From Vicugna vicugna (Eukaryota), in contig MU058198.1 in NCBI GenBank assembly GCA_013265495.1, positions 3,546,419 to 3,610,418 on the forward strand: a DNA stretch of 64,000 nucleotides. The letters run 5' to 3'. A program made the position numbers and the translations under genes. The notes beneath the pieces are model-generated. The model had not been told where the DNA came from. It saw only the letters and a program-made list of their open reading frames with translations, and did not search any database. This document shows positions 12,543-25,589 of the stretch, one piece after another (the first letter of the stretch is position 1; the number at the start of each line of letters is the position of its first letter).

Positions 12543-12722
12543 TCATCCATCCATTCATCCTCCTACCTACCCACCCACTCATCTATCCATCCACCCATTA
12601 TCCATCCACCCACCCATCCATCCTTTCATCCATCCATCCATCCCCTGTCCATCCATGCATCCCCTGTCCATCCATCCATCTCCTATCCACTCATCCGCAC
12701 ATCCTTCCATCCTCTGTCCACA
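12543..12722. repeat. Degenerate (CCAT)n simple repeat
   Basis: Directly visible; explains the HPSI-rich ORF at 12457. Confidence 0.9.
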
Positions 12723-12729
12723 TTCAACC

Positions 12730-13000
12730 TAGTGAAATGATTAAGAGCATAGTAGACTTTGGAGTAATGCTGCCTAGGTTGGAATCCCAACCCTGCCACT
12801 CCCTGACAGTGTGATCTTGGTTAAGGTTTATTAACCTTTCTTTGCCTCAGCCTCCTCAGCTATAAAGTGAGATTGATGCTGAAAATAATAATAGAGCCCA
12901 CCTCATAGTATTATTTCGAGGGTTGTAAGTCATTATGTGTAAGGTGCTTCCCATAGTGCCTGTCTCAAAGCAAAGCTGTGTGAGTGTTAACTCTTACTGT
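12730..13000 (+). mobile_element. MIR SINE relic
   Basis: gattaagagcat...gttggaatcccaaccctgccact...ttaacctttctttgcctcagcctcctcagctataaagtg. Confidence 0.8.
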
Positions 13001-13079
13001 TAGTTCATCTGTCCATCCATTTATTTAGCTACCATCTTTCATAATTACTCATGCTCTTCACTAAATATTTCTGGGTTTT

Positions 13080-13395
13080 GGCTTTGTGGACCAAAGCCAA
13101 ATGGTAGGACTGCACTTTCTGGTTCCCTAGTGGGTGAGTAGGGCCATATGAATGGTTCAGGCCAATGAGTTGTAATCCGAAGTGACGTGTGTCACTTTAT
13201 GCTGGAGCATTTCATTGCTGGTTCTAGACTCTCCAGAGCAATCTTTTGAGTTAACTTCTCTATCAGCCTGATCCTGGAGACACAGAACAGGTCCCCTAGC
13301 TGATCTGCCGTGACCATATTATGTGGGAGGAAAATAAACCTTTGTTATCTGGGGGTTGTTTATTACTGCAGGATAACCCAGCTATCCTGAAAGAT
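13080..13395. mobile_element. MaLR LTR (MLT1-type) fragment
   Basis: ggccatatgaatggttcaggccaatgag...gaaaataaacctttgtt...gtttattactgcaggataacccagctatcctga. Confidence 0.7.
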
Positions 13396-16300
13396 TCTCT
13401 CTCATCTGTCATCTCTCCGGGTACAATAACACCACAGTCTTCTTTTGTTTCCTTTCCCCTTTCTTTATAGCACCTGTTACTAGCTGGCATTTTATCACAT
13501 ATTTATTCCTTTGTAGTTAATTACATAGAACGTCTTCACGCTTGTTCACTCCTCTGGTTCTCGTGTTTAGAATGGAGCCTTGCATGTAGTGCACACCCAA
13601 TATGTATTTAAATGAATAAGTCAATGAATGAATAGATCTATTTAACGTCTAGGAGGTTTTCTTGCATTCTGTAGCTCCCTTGAAAACCCTTACTGAAGCA
13701 GCTAATATTTGAGAAGGAACACACTGACCTTTCATTCTCCAATTTTACTGTCTGAATCAAGGGAAAAAATAAATCCCTGAGCTAGAACTCTTTGTCTCTC
13801 TGCCAGCCTCCTAATACCCTTAGTCTACTGCAAGAAGCCGCCCGCATCCTATGAGACAGTCCTTGCCCAGATCAAGGCTTTGTTCTCCAGCTCTGAACCT
13901 TGTAGGCGCCTTTGCCCTTTCTGTGACAGCCATCACCCAGAGCAGAATGTCTTTGTAAGCCCAGCATACCTTTTGGCCTCTTCTTTGAAACTCAGAGAGA
14001 CACTCCCCAGGACCCTTGATTGTTTCTGGAAGCAGAATGATCTGTGCCCCACTGAGGACTTAGAAGGCTGGCCACCTCCCACCACACTTCTCGTTTTTGT
14101 CGTCCTCAGGCAAGTTCCGTTCCCAGTGACGTCACCTGCGTCACCTGCTTCGTACCTGCTCCTTGTTCTCTTGACCCTGATTGGCGGCCCTTTCTGCTCT
14201 GCCCTCGGGGCTTGCGTCTGTTGAATGCTTTCTCTTCCTCCTGCCTGAAGAGGGCCCTGACTGTCTCCTGGGGATGTCAGTCCACTCAGGAACAACCACC
14301 ACCCTTCCGGAGTCAGGAGTTTGCTTTCCCCTTGTTCCTTATCTTTGCTTCCTGGAGGTCCCACTCCCGTTTGAGAGCTCGCCTCTCAGCCTCACGTTCG
14401 GTGACCATTCTGCCCTCTCGCCTTGCCCCCTCTTTCATCTGCAGACAACCAGTCACTCCCCCCATTTACTGAAGACACTGGGACCTGACTCACAGTCTTC
14501 CTTTCCACACCGACGCCTACCATAATCTTAGGCTATTTCAATATCCACGAAGACGTACCTTTCAACAACCCAGCCTTGTAATTTTTGTACTCCCTTACTT
14601 AAATTATTGTCATGCCCAGAACCCCTTTAGGAGACAGAGATGTACCAAAGATGTGCAGTATACTGCTATTTGTAACAGAAAAAATGGTAAATATCCAAAG
14701 TATCCAATAGGCAAATAATGTTCAAGCATGTGTGACAGACTATTAGACTGTTACGAGAAATACTTGTTGTCTTCCTTGAAAAAATGGTCATGATACATGG
14801 CGAGGTAGGAAAAAAATCAGGCTATAAAATAAGATGTATCTTTAGGTGTATGTGCATGTCTAGGAAAAAACTGAAGGGCCATGCTTTTATATGTGCTTAC
14901 TGTTGAGTAAAGTTGTGAGTACTGTTCGTATATGTGCGTATCTATGTTTATGTATGTATGCATGTGCATCTGTATGTGTGTATATTTTCATGTGTCTGTA
15001 TGTCTATATTTGTATATGCTTCCAGGTGCATGCATCTGTGTTCTCCAGTTTTTCTTCTCCTTGAACCTGTGCTAATAAATATTATTTTTGAAAATAATAA
15101 AAGTCATATGGGGCAGGGTTTCTCTTGGGTATTTCGTAAGGTACGCTGCCCCGTTTCCTATCTTGAGTACATCTCCGAGAAGTATAGGAGTTTGTCAGGG
15201 TTTAATAGTATCATTATTCATTGTTGTTATTTTTTTTCTAGAGTCCCCAGTTCAACAAAGAAAAATGCAACCTGAGTGTTTTTTTTTCTTTTTGTCCCAG
15301 CATGAGGTTTTAATTAGAGGACCTAGTCAGTTGTGGTGGTGTCAGCACTAGATCCAACACCCAGGTGTGAAGGGCTGTGTGATGACCTGTGCAGGTTGGT
15401 GAGCATCTTGTAGCCGTTTGTGAAGGAGGATACCACGTGTCTGCCCATCATCCTGATCCAGGAAAGGAGCTTTCACCCAAGACAGCGCAGAAATTTTGCA
15501 CACTCTAACCAGAAGGGAATTTGTCAGTGTTCAGCTTGGCTGGCATCCCGTATCTACCTTCTTGTGCAGTTAGAATCCTTGCAGCGTAATGTGTGAAAAA
15601 CCACAGACCCCCTGCCCACGCCTTCCCAGAGCTGTGACACCATCAGCTTTCAAGTGTGTGCAAATTGGGAGGGGGCTAGATCCTACATCTCCCTGTGACA
15701 TTCGCGGAAACAAATGCCTGTTAATAAGTGACGACTCCCTTGGTCTCAATGATAAAGATGTACCTGTTACTGGGAGCCCTTGAGGGGAGATCTTTGGCGA
15801 GGTCCTCAACACTCAACGTTTATAATTGGTGGTAGACAGATGTGTTGGGAAAGCTTACTTTTCCCCCAGCCGTTTTAATAAGAAGGTTGTGAAATAGCAC
15901 CCCCTTTGCCCTTCTGTGCTTTATGTCCTGGACTTTAAAGACTGACAGTGTTGGTTGGTTAAAAAAATTCTGTTGCTTGAGGATGCAGTGTCGGCTGATT
16001 TGGTGGATTAAATCGTTTTAAGGTCATGAGCTTTTATTCTTACTTTAGTGAATCTCAGACCTTGTTTTGCAAAGCCCGAGAGCATTTATCTCAAGGGATT
16101 GAGCATATTATTTCCAAGACAATGTTATTTCTATTTCATGTTGGTAAAAAATATTAAAACATACATTGTCTTTGTGATGTGATTTCTACATGCAAAGCGC
16201 TCACATTCCCACTTATCTGTTCTTCATATAAAGCCGTGTGTGAGTGAACAGATAGGAAGTTTTATTTATTTTGTTCAATGTATATATATTGAGGGCTTGT

Positions 16301-17564
16301 TGGTATATATTGCTGAACAAAAGAGACCAACATCAGTTCTTAAGGGAGCTTAACACAGTGTAAGGGGATGTATCAGACCCATTTTGCAAAGGAGGAAAAG
16401 ATGGCCCAGAGAGGTGATGTGAATTCTTAGGTTCGATATCAAATTAGCATCAAAACTAGACTATTATTCAAGTCTTGAATCTCAGCCTATCATCTGATGC
16501 AGGTCCTGTCTCCACAATGCCACGTGAGTGGAACCAGCTTAGTATGGGGATGGATCAATCACCATCCTTTTAGGAGGAGTGGAAATCTACTTCCCTGGGT
16601 GACTCAGGCTACAGCATGAACTTGGGATGGCTTATTCTTGAATTCCGGGGGGGGGGGGGGTCTGACGGAGGGTTATGGAAACCGGGCTAAGACCTTGGAT
16701 GTGCTTCATCTTTGGGTACTTCCCCCTCCAGCCCCTTCTCTAAATTCCTTCTCTTCCTCTCAAAGAGACTCTGAGAAAATCCAAACAAAGAGCAAATAAA
16801 GAGAAAGTGTAAGAAGGGAACATGACAGGGAGAAGCTACAGGAGAGGATGAGACTTGAGGAGTAGAAAGAAGCAGCCAGGTAGCGTTGCTGGACCTGGGA
16901 GTCAGTCAGTTGGCCATGGTGGTGGCCCTTGCTAGCAACATGGCAGCCTGTTCCAGCTTTTCGTCCTTCTGCTTTTCCCAGCTGTGCTGACAAGCACCAT
17001 GCTTAGGGTGGTTTAATAAGGATTATACTAGGAGGATTTTCTAACATCCATGCCTGGATTACCCCTTATCTGATTTCTCAGCTGTGGCCTTCAGTGGGCT
17101 CGGAGTGTTCCGGGTTCAGTGTCCAGAGCAGTCCAGTGACTGTTTATAAACCCTGACTTAGGATCAATGCAGAAAATATGAAAAGTGTAGGAAAAAAACA
17201 AAGGGAAAAATCATCATGTGTGAAGACTGATACTGTTAACATTTTTGTCATTCCAATATGTTCCCATGCTTATAAATATGTGCACTTATTTTCACTTTTT
17301 ACCAAAATAGTGACATATTGTAATTATTTTATAGGTTTCATAGCCTTCTTTTGCACTAAGTGATATCTTGTAAATATTTTGCCACCTCAGATTTTTTTTT
17401 AATAAAAGATTTTTAATAGCAGTGCAGATTTTCATTGAATGGATATTCAGTTACCTAAGTAGTTCCTGTTATTTTAACATTATTTACCCACTGTTATAAA
17501 TAACATCTTTGTATATTTATCTTTATGGATGGCTATTTCTGAATATTTCCTAAGGATAAGTTCA

Positions 17565-17985
17565 TGTATTAGTTGGCTTTTGCTGTGTAACAAATAACCC
17601 CACAATCTAGTGGTATAAAACAAATATTTATTTAGCTCTGCAGACCTGCAGTTGGGGCAAGGCAGTTCTTTTGTTCTGGACTGCAATCAGTGGATATAGG
17701 TAAGGCTTATGCATGCATTTGTAATCAGCTTGTGGATTGTTCTAGATGGTTGTGGTATCACATCTTCCAGCTGGCTAGCCTTGTTTACATAGCAGTCACA
17801 GAGTTGCAAGAGCAGCAAGAAGTCCCCGATGCACAAACTTTTTTCAGATTTGTGCTTGTGTTAAGTTTGCTTCTGTCCCATGGGCCAAAGCATGTGATAT
17901 GGCCAAACCCAGAGCTAGTTTCAGAGGACATGACCAAATGGCATAAAATAATTGGGACCATTACTGTAGTCAGCCCATCACAGTT
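17565..17985. mobile_element. MaLR LTR (MLT1-type) nested in old L1 debris
   Basis: tgtattagttggcttttgctgtgtaacaaataaccccacaatctagtggtataaaacaa is a characteristic MLT1 end. Confidence 0.72.
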
Positions 17986-18768
17986 CCCCAAACTGGAATT
18001 TTTCTAAGTCAAAGAATATGGCCATTTCAAAGATTTTTGCTGCCAGATTGCACTCCAGAGAGGTTGTAACTAATTTATACCCTCACCTAGAGTTCATGCA
18101 TTTCCAAATTCTCTTGATCACTGGATATAATCACTGCTTTTAAAATTTTCTTCCAGAAAATGACATTGTTGCTTTTGTAAAATACATCCTTATTGTAAAA
18201 CAACAAACCACATATAACCTTTATAACCTTTATTGTTCCTGTCTTCCCAGTACTTCATTCATTCTGGCTTTGTTCTTTTACTATGTTATCAGGTTAAGTT
18301 TATTTACATTAATATTTAGGAACTTTGAGCTTATATTCATCAGTGAAATTGGTCTGTAGTTTACTTTTTTCCAGTTTGTTATCTTTGACAAGTTTTTGCT
18401 GTTTTCATCAAAGCATTTGGGTAACCATCCATCTTCTCTCTCTCTCTCTCTCTCTGTTAAAAAGAGTCTAAATTGCAAAGGATTTATATCGTTCTTTAAA
18501 AATTTGAGCTAATTTTCTATATCCCCCAAATAAAACAACTTTTGGGACCTAGTGCTCTTTCTGGGATTACTTATTTGACAATTTTTCCAGTTTGTTCCAT
18601 GATCATTATTGGTACACTTTTAAATATGTTACGTTTTCCCAGGAATAATTATTTAATTGAATTTCTAATTTATTAGTACTTGACTGTATACTTTATTCTG
18701 TAGTGATTTGAAAAATCTCCTTGCCACCTGCAATTCCATCTCTTTTCTCATTTTTACTGAGAATTTCC

Positions 18769-18769
<1 letters not shown>

Positions 18770-18808
<39 letters not shown>

Positions 18809-18928
18809 GGGGGGTAGGTAATTAGGTTTATCAATTCATTTTTTTTAAAAAATGGAGGTACCGGGGATTGAACCCAGGACCTGGTGCATGCAAAGCATAC
18901 CTCTACCACTGAGCTATAACCTACCCCC
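18770..18928 (-). mobile_element. tRNA-Ala-derived SINE (vic-1-like) with (CA)17 tail
   Basis: Reverse complement of the 7630 SINE. TSD gagaa(t/g)ttcct at 18759-18769 and 18929-18939. (TG)17 at 18771-18804. Confidence 0.9.
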
Positions 18929-19989
18929 GAGAAGTTCCTATTTTTGATTTTTGAAATTTTTTCTTGATGAATTTTGCCAGAGTGTAACTGTCTTATTTTT
19001 CTCCTCAGATAACTGCCCGTTAAATTTATCCTTCAGTTCTGTTCCCGGATATTTTAATTCCTTTTTAATTCCTCACTCTTTTCTAAGTTTTATGACTTCT
19101 TCCTGGTTTCTTAAGCTAAATGCCCTTATATCATTTTAATGATGTCTACTGATTTGTCAGAGATTGGATAGTGATTTTAGAAAAAATCTTAATATTTTTA
19201 AAAACAAATTTTGCTTTGTATTTTGAATGTATTTTTCTGATGTGAGAATAAGAGTTTCATGATTTTCCAGCCTTTAATTGTGACGTCAGGCAGATTTGGG
19301 CTCAAATCCTTCTTGGCTGTTCTTAGCAAATGATGGACCAGTTTTATATTCTCCTGAAAGCTTGGTGACAGTAATAATGCCAAGATAATTTTTTTTGGAT
19401 ATGTAAAATTAAATGATATAATCAATATAAAGTGCCTAACATAATGCCAGACACGTGGAATGTACATCACCATTGCTTCTGATATGATTGATATACTTTT
19501 TATGAACACAAAACACCCATCTTTGTCCTGTGTAACAGTTTCGTGCTTTACATTTTATTTGTCTGATATTAATATTTCTACTCATGGCAGCTTTCTCATT
19601 TCTTTATCTTCATTTTGTCATTTTGTGCCATTTGATTTTCCGCAAGCCTCTTGTAAGCCGTATGCATTTGAATTTTGATTTTTTTTTCTTCCAAATAATG
19701 AATCTTTGTCTTTTAATAGGATAATTCAACCCATTCACATTTTTGCAAGATAATAGAATTTTCAAGCTTTCGCTTCTTCCTTCTCCCAATCTACTCTCCT
19801 GCCTTTGAAGATGTAACAGCCAGGATTTTATGAAAAAATTGGAATATATTTGATTTCACGTGAATTGTTATTGATAATTTGCATTATTTCATATGATTCA
19901 AGGAGACTTTTTGTGCCATGACTCCTTATATTTACTTGTTTCATTATTCACCTTTTATTTTGGGGGGGTTCCCTCTTAATAAATTTGAT

Positions 19990-20370
19990 TGATTCATTAA
20001 TTCAGTTAACAGACATTGAACACGTTCTGTATGCAGGCACTCTGCTAAGGTGCTGGGGGAAATGTGTGTGATATAGAACTAGTCTGTATCCTTATTAAAC
20101 CCACTTAGAGGATGAGAGAAACAAAAAAAAACAAAAATAGAAAAATAGAAAGTTAAAAACAAATATAAAGGAAACAGATAAGGGGCTCAAGGAGAGAACA
20201 GTGAGCATGTGTGAGGATATCTATTTAGGAAGTTTAATTGTGGAGGGATTTCTTGTGTAGGTGACGTTTCTGCTGGCCCCTTAAGAAAGAGGTGGAATTA
20301 GCTATGTGAAGACAGGTGGAAGGACATTCCAGGCAGACGGATCAGCATGTGCAAAGGCCCTGAGAGATGA
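19990..20370 (-). mobile_element. L2 relic
   Basis: gattcattaattcagttaacagacattgaac...ggacattccaggcagacggatcagcatgtgcaaaggccctgag. Confidence 0.75.
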
Positions 20371-20411
20371 AAAAGCCTTATTCTAATGTTGCTGCCATTA
20401 AATTCTTTTTT

Positions 20412-20514
20412 TTAATCTTAAAATTTTTTTCAAAAATAGAAGTACTGAGTATTGAACCCAGGACCTCTTGCATGCTAAGCATGTGCTCTACCACTGAGCC
20501 ATCCCCCTACCCCC
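20412..20514 (-). mobile_element. tRNA-Ala-derived SINE (short form)
   Basis: attgaacccaggacctcttgcatgctaagcatgtgctctaccactgagc. Probable TSD aaattc(t/a)ttttt at 20400 and 20515. Confidence 0.88.
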
Positions 20515-21419
20515 AAATTCATTTTTATATTCAACAATTAGCTTTTGAATGAGAGGAAGACACGTAATGTAGGCTACCAAATGAGGAGCTGGAGAGGGCA
20601 TCTGAAAGCCAGACGGAACGCCCCCTGTCCATCCATCCATTCATTCAGTAAGCATTTACTGAGTGCCTACTGTATGCCAGGCTCTGTGCAAGGTGTTGAC
20701 CATATAATACAGGCACTCCTTGGAGTGTAGAATCTAGTTGTATAAACAGGCTGGAGGGCCCATGAGGATACAGCTTGGTGCTTCTGTTGGAGTGGGATGG
20801 ACCAGGGGGCGGGGGACGCATGTGTGAGCTCTGCAGAGCCCTGAGCAGGAGGGGGTGGCGGGAAAGAGCTGACAGCAACTCCTGCCAGATGGCTTCATTC
20901 TTCCCCCTGAAGGAAGTGGGGACTTCGTGCTGTGATATGATACACAAGAACAGCGTTTCCTGTGGGTTTGCAAGGGCATTTTGAATCTCAAGACTACAGC
21001 TCGTTGATGTGTGAAAGAATTTTTTTTTTTTTGCTTTTTTAGATTTTCTGAAGGGATAATCAGACCGATTTGATAAGCCTGGAAAAAAGGACTTGGGGTG
21101 AATTTAAATGCACCCGCTGTCTTGGGTGGAGCCTTAATCAAATGCAGATATTACCTGTTGAGGGTTCTCCTAAGCACCAGCTGTTGGTTCATCCAGCTGT
21201 CACCTGGAAGCTCTTGTCCTCCCGGTTCTGGAACTGACCAGTTTTTCTGCAACTGACCAGATCCGAGTACTAGGTCCTGTCCAATCTGACCCTAACCTCC
21301 ACGAACCTGTCTTTAACTATGAGATGAGGAGGGACTGGATTGCTTGATCTCTTAAGACCCTGCCCAAAGTTCAGTTATTTGTTTATTCACTTCCCCTTCC
21401 TCCCTCCCTCCATCACTTC

Positions 21420-21780
21420 CTTCCATTCATGTTCTGTCCAGCATTTAACTGAGTACCTACTGCGTGCCAGACACTGTTAGGTGCTCACCCGTGGTGAGCA
21501 AATTAGACACAGTCCCTACCTCATGGAGCTTACCATTTAATAGGGGAGACAGACAAGCCAATATAGTGACTGTTACAGTAAGTGCTATAAATAAGAATAG
21601 GGTGGGTGAGAATGTGTACCAAGATGACCTGTCTTATTTTGGGGGTCAGGGAAGTCTTTCTCGACAGAGGGAAGTTTAAACAAAAACTAGGTGAAGGTCA
21701 GCAGAAAAAGCATTGCAGGCAGAGAGCACAGCCTGTGCAAAGGCCCTGAGACAGCAAGCAATATGGCAACACTGAGGAAG
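21420..21780 (-). mobile_element. L2 relic
   Basis: cagcatttaactgagtacctactgcgtgccagacactg...gcattgcaggcagagagcacagcctgtgcaaaggccctgag. Confidence 0.75.
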
Positions 21781-22719
21781 GTAAAAATGCATAATAAAAT
21801 AATAATACAGGTAATAAGAGGAGCTTCCATGTAATGAGAACCTGCTCTCTGCCAGGAACTAGGTAATTCCTTAACTGTGTGATTTTGATCAAGCCCCTTA
21901 ACCTCCTTGTGCCTTAATTTGTGTGTCTGTAAAGTGGGGTGATTATGACTGTACTTAGCTCACTGGGTTGTTTTGAGGATCCAGTGAAGTCATGTCTGTG
22001 AAGTCCTTAATGCTAGGCCTGGCCCACAGCAAGTGCCCCAAAGACAGTGGCTGTTACTGTTTTTTTATGAATAGTGTTGGGCGAGAGAGCGTTCTCCCTG
22101 GGGCTCAGGACTAGGGGTCCGTCCTGTTGATGACCTCTTTGTTGGAGTCACTCTTGGAGTTTCTGCAGAAGTGGAAAGCCTGCCACTCAGCACAGTCAAG
22201 CATGTGGAACAACTGCTTCTCCATCTGCTCCCAAGGAAGGAGGGGGTGGGGATGTCAGCCATGAGTTGGCCTTCAGGCAGCTGAGACACCAGGGACTGGC
22301 CGTTGGCATTTGTAACATTGGTTGGCATTGAGGAGGGCAGGGAAGGTCAGGGGTAGTAATTATCAAAGAACAGACGGCTTAGGGGAAACAGAACATTCCA
22401 TTCCTTATCTCTTGGTGAGACCAATACATTCTCTGTGCTTGAACTGTGAGAAGACATTTCCCCTAAATCTCTTTGCTGAGAACCAGGGCCATTTCCCTGG
22501 TTACAAATACCAAATATCAACTCACTGGTGTAAACAGAATGATGGATGTGCCCTTCTTGGCATCCAGACAGCCCCAGTGCCAAACTCTGTGTGTGTGTGT
22601 GTGTAAGTAAAAATTTGAAAAAAACCTTGTAAATTACTTTTGTTCCTTTCTGCTTATTTATCCATAAGAACTCTTTAAAGAAGGCACCGTTATTGTTCCT
22701 TGGGACCCCATAATCTACC

Positions 22720-22914
22720 TCAGACGGTTTGCCCCCAGGGGATAGTTCGCTCATCTGGAGACATTTGGTTTGTCGCAACTGGGGGGTTCCTGCTGGAATC
22801 TAGTTAAGTAGAGGCCAGGGATACTGCAAAACATCTTACAGTCCACAGGACAGCTTCATAACAAAGAACTGTCCAGTCCAAAATGTCAGTGTGCCTTTGG
22901 TTGAGAAACCCTGA
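22720..22914. mobile_element. MER20 (hAT-Charlie)
   Basis: ttgcccccagggga...catctggagacatttggtttgtcgcaactggg...gtagaggccagggatactgc...ggttgagaaaccctg. Confidence 0.85.
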
Positions 22915-25015
22915 TCTCACTCTGCAAAGTACCAGTTTTGCAAAACCAGTGGAGGGAGATGGTATCATTTATCACTGTTTCTAGAGAATTATGTGTCGTG
23001 TGTGTTGATGCCTGTGTTGATCTTAATTGATATAACTTCCTTTATCTTCTTTTCCTACGTATTTTTATTTGCCTTCTACCCATTAAAACCGTTTGTTTTG
23101 AATATGCAGTGCAAAGTTGGAATTCCTACAGGTGCAACAAAGGTATACAGTAGCAACAAATTTCCCCTCCACTCCTGTCCCTTGGCTCTCAATTCCCTTC
23201 TCTGGAGGGACAGCACTGTTGCCAGTTTTGCATGTGTTAGTAAAGAGATAGTCCACAAGTGAGTCATTTTTATACCCTTAATAGAGCCTTAGGCACATTT
23301 TTTTTTCTTTTTTTGCTGGTTGCTTTTTTGTACTTGATGACATATCTTAGAGATCTTATGAGCACACATAGAGCTGCTTCATCGTTCTAACGGCTGCACA
23401 GTGTTCCCTTCTCCGGATGCCCCATGACTCCTGGTCTCCTGGCGATGAGCATTAGGCTATTTCCAGAGTTTTTGCTCTAACAAACAAGGCAGCAGTGAAT
23501 CTCCTGGTACCTGACTGTGGAAACACGTGTGTCAGCGCATCTGTAATCCAAAATCTTGCAAATGGAATGGCTGGGTAAAAGGGCAAGTGCATTTTAAGTG
23601 TGGCTGGAGAGTTCTGATAACAATGCTATCTGATCCCGCGTGTGCTGTGCATTCTTCATGCACCCCATTTCCAGCCCTTGACCCTGCCCCTCTCCTGTGG
23701 GGTTTCTGAGCTGCAGGGGCCACCTCTCCTTCTCCGCCTGTGCCCCTGGTCCCCTGCGCCGTTGGAACTGATGTCTCTCATATAGAAGATGAATTTTGTT
23801 CCCTAATCAAAATGCAGTTCCCAGGGATGGTTTGGAAGTATTAACTGTGTCTGTCATTCTGAGCTTGTGAAGGTTTTAAGTATAATTTTTCCAAATTGCT
23901 CATGGTTCATACTGTACAGCCAGAGACCCTCTCTCTGCAGCCAGTCCTTCCTGATCGATCGCACCCATCCCTCTTTCCCAGTGGGCTTTCTCCTAAGGGT
24001 AAGTAGAAGGCGTGGATTCTCTTGCTTAAAGAAAAAAAAAATATCGTTAACTCCACGGGGGCGTCTGCTGCTGGATTGAGAGCGTCGGCATTTAGAGCCT
24101 GCTGGCTGCAATCTCACTCTGCAGACTGGAAGTTGTGGGGTGTTTTTATCTTCAGGAAACAGCTCGCAGCGGAAGGGGAGAGAGAGTAGAAGGATAGATG
24201 AGGGAATTCGAAGAGGAGGAAGCCGTGGGAGAATCGTCTTCTTTTAAAGACAGGCATGGCAACGTTCTCCCGCCCATCTCTTTGGAATGCGAAGTAGGGA
24301 TGAAATGGGAAGTGGGGTGGCTTCTGCCAGACCCGCCCAGGAGCCCCTAACCCTGGTTAGCTTCCCAAAGCTGCGGACTGTTGCCCGAGCTTACGAGGGT
24401 CCCCCCACCCTCTACCTGCCCCCTAAAGTCTCTCTTGCAGGAATTGGCTGGTAGCAGCACCTGCTCTGAGGTCCAAAGGTTCGAGTGGCCAAAAAGAAAC
24501 CCTGCAGTGACCATTTCCTGGTCACTGGCAAATACATTCTCTAGATCCCATCGCTGGGGCATAAAGATGCCGCGGCTGTGATTGAGTGTGTCTTGCTCAT
24601 TGCGTTTCCCAGCCCCTGGATGGTACCTGGCATACAGTAGGCGCTCAATAAATATTCATTGAGAAAAGAGGAAACTTGATGGCAGATCCAGGTGTGAGCC
24701 CTTTGGGATTTAGATCCCTTAGGGAGAAGCTTGATTTGAAGTCCCAGCTTGTAGATTAGCCGCTTCACAGAGCCGAGGGTGGGCTGTGCCGGGGACGGGT
24801 GAGGGTGTGTGTGGCTTTTATCTGTGGGGCTGATGCTACGTCCCTTCCCAAACGTGGATTTCTCTTCCCAGGGAGAAGACCTGAGGAGGCAGTGAGAAGA
24901 TCGTTGCCTCTGCCTTTTTTATTTGGGAATACTTTCAGATTTTTGGAAAAGTTGCCAAGCTAATATAGAAGAGTGCCTGTATACCCTTTCCCCAGTTTCC
25001 CCTGATGCTCGTCTT

Positions 25016-25589
25016 TTTTTTTTTTTAAACATTTTTATTGATTTATAATCATTTTACAATGTTGTGTCAAATTCCAGCATAGAGCACAATTTTTCAGTTA
25101 CACATGAACATATATATATTAATTGTCACATTTTTTTCGCTGTGAGCTACCACAGGATCTTGTATATATTTCCCTGTGCTATACAGTATAATCTTGTTTA
25201 TCTGTTCTACAATTTTGAAATCCCATCTGTCCCTTCCCACCCCCTGCCCTCTTGGCAACCACAAGTTTGTATTCTACGTCTATGAGTCTGTTTCTGATCT
25301 GTATTTATGTTTTGTTTTGTTTTGTTTTGTTTTAGATTCCACATATGAGTGATCTCATATGGCATTTTTTTTTCTCTTTCTGGCTTACTTCACTTAGAAT
25401 GACATTCTCCAGGAACATCCATGTTGCTGCAAATGGCATCCATTGTATTACCACATCTTTATCCAGTCATCTGTTGATAGACATTTAGTCTGTTTCCATG
25501 TCTTGGCTATTGTAAATAGTGCTGCTATGAACATTGAGGTGCAGGTGTCATTTTGGAGTAGGGCTCCTGGGCATATATTCAGAAGGAAC
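25016..25589 (-). mobile_element. Young 5'-truncated L1 with short 5' inversion
   Basis: Poly-T then L1 3' UTR. 17-bp TSD cccctgatgct(c/a)gtctt at 24999-25015 and 25590-25606. Inserted into an older L1M 3' end starting near 24915. Confidence 0.93.

Noticed and set aside
24050..24066. CTCF-like ctccacgggggcgt
   Set aside because: Poor match in the 5' core of the motif.
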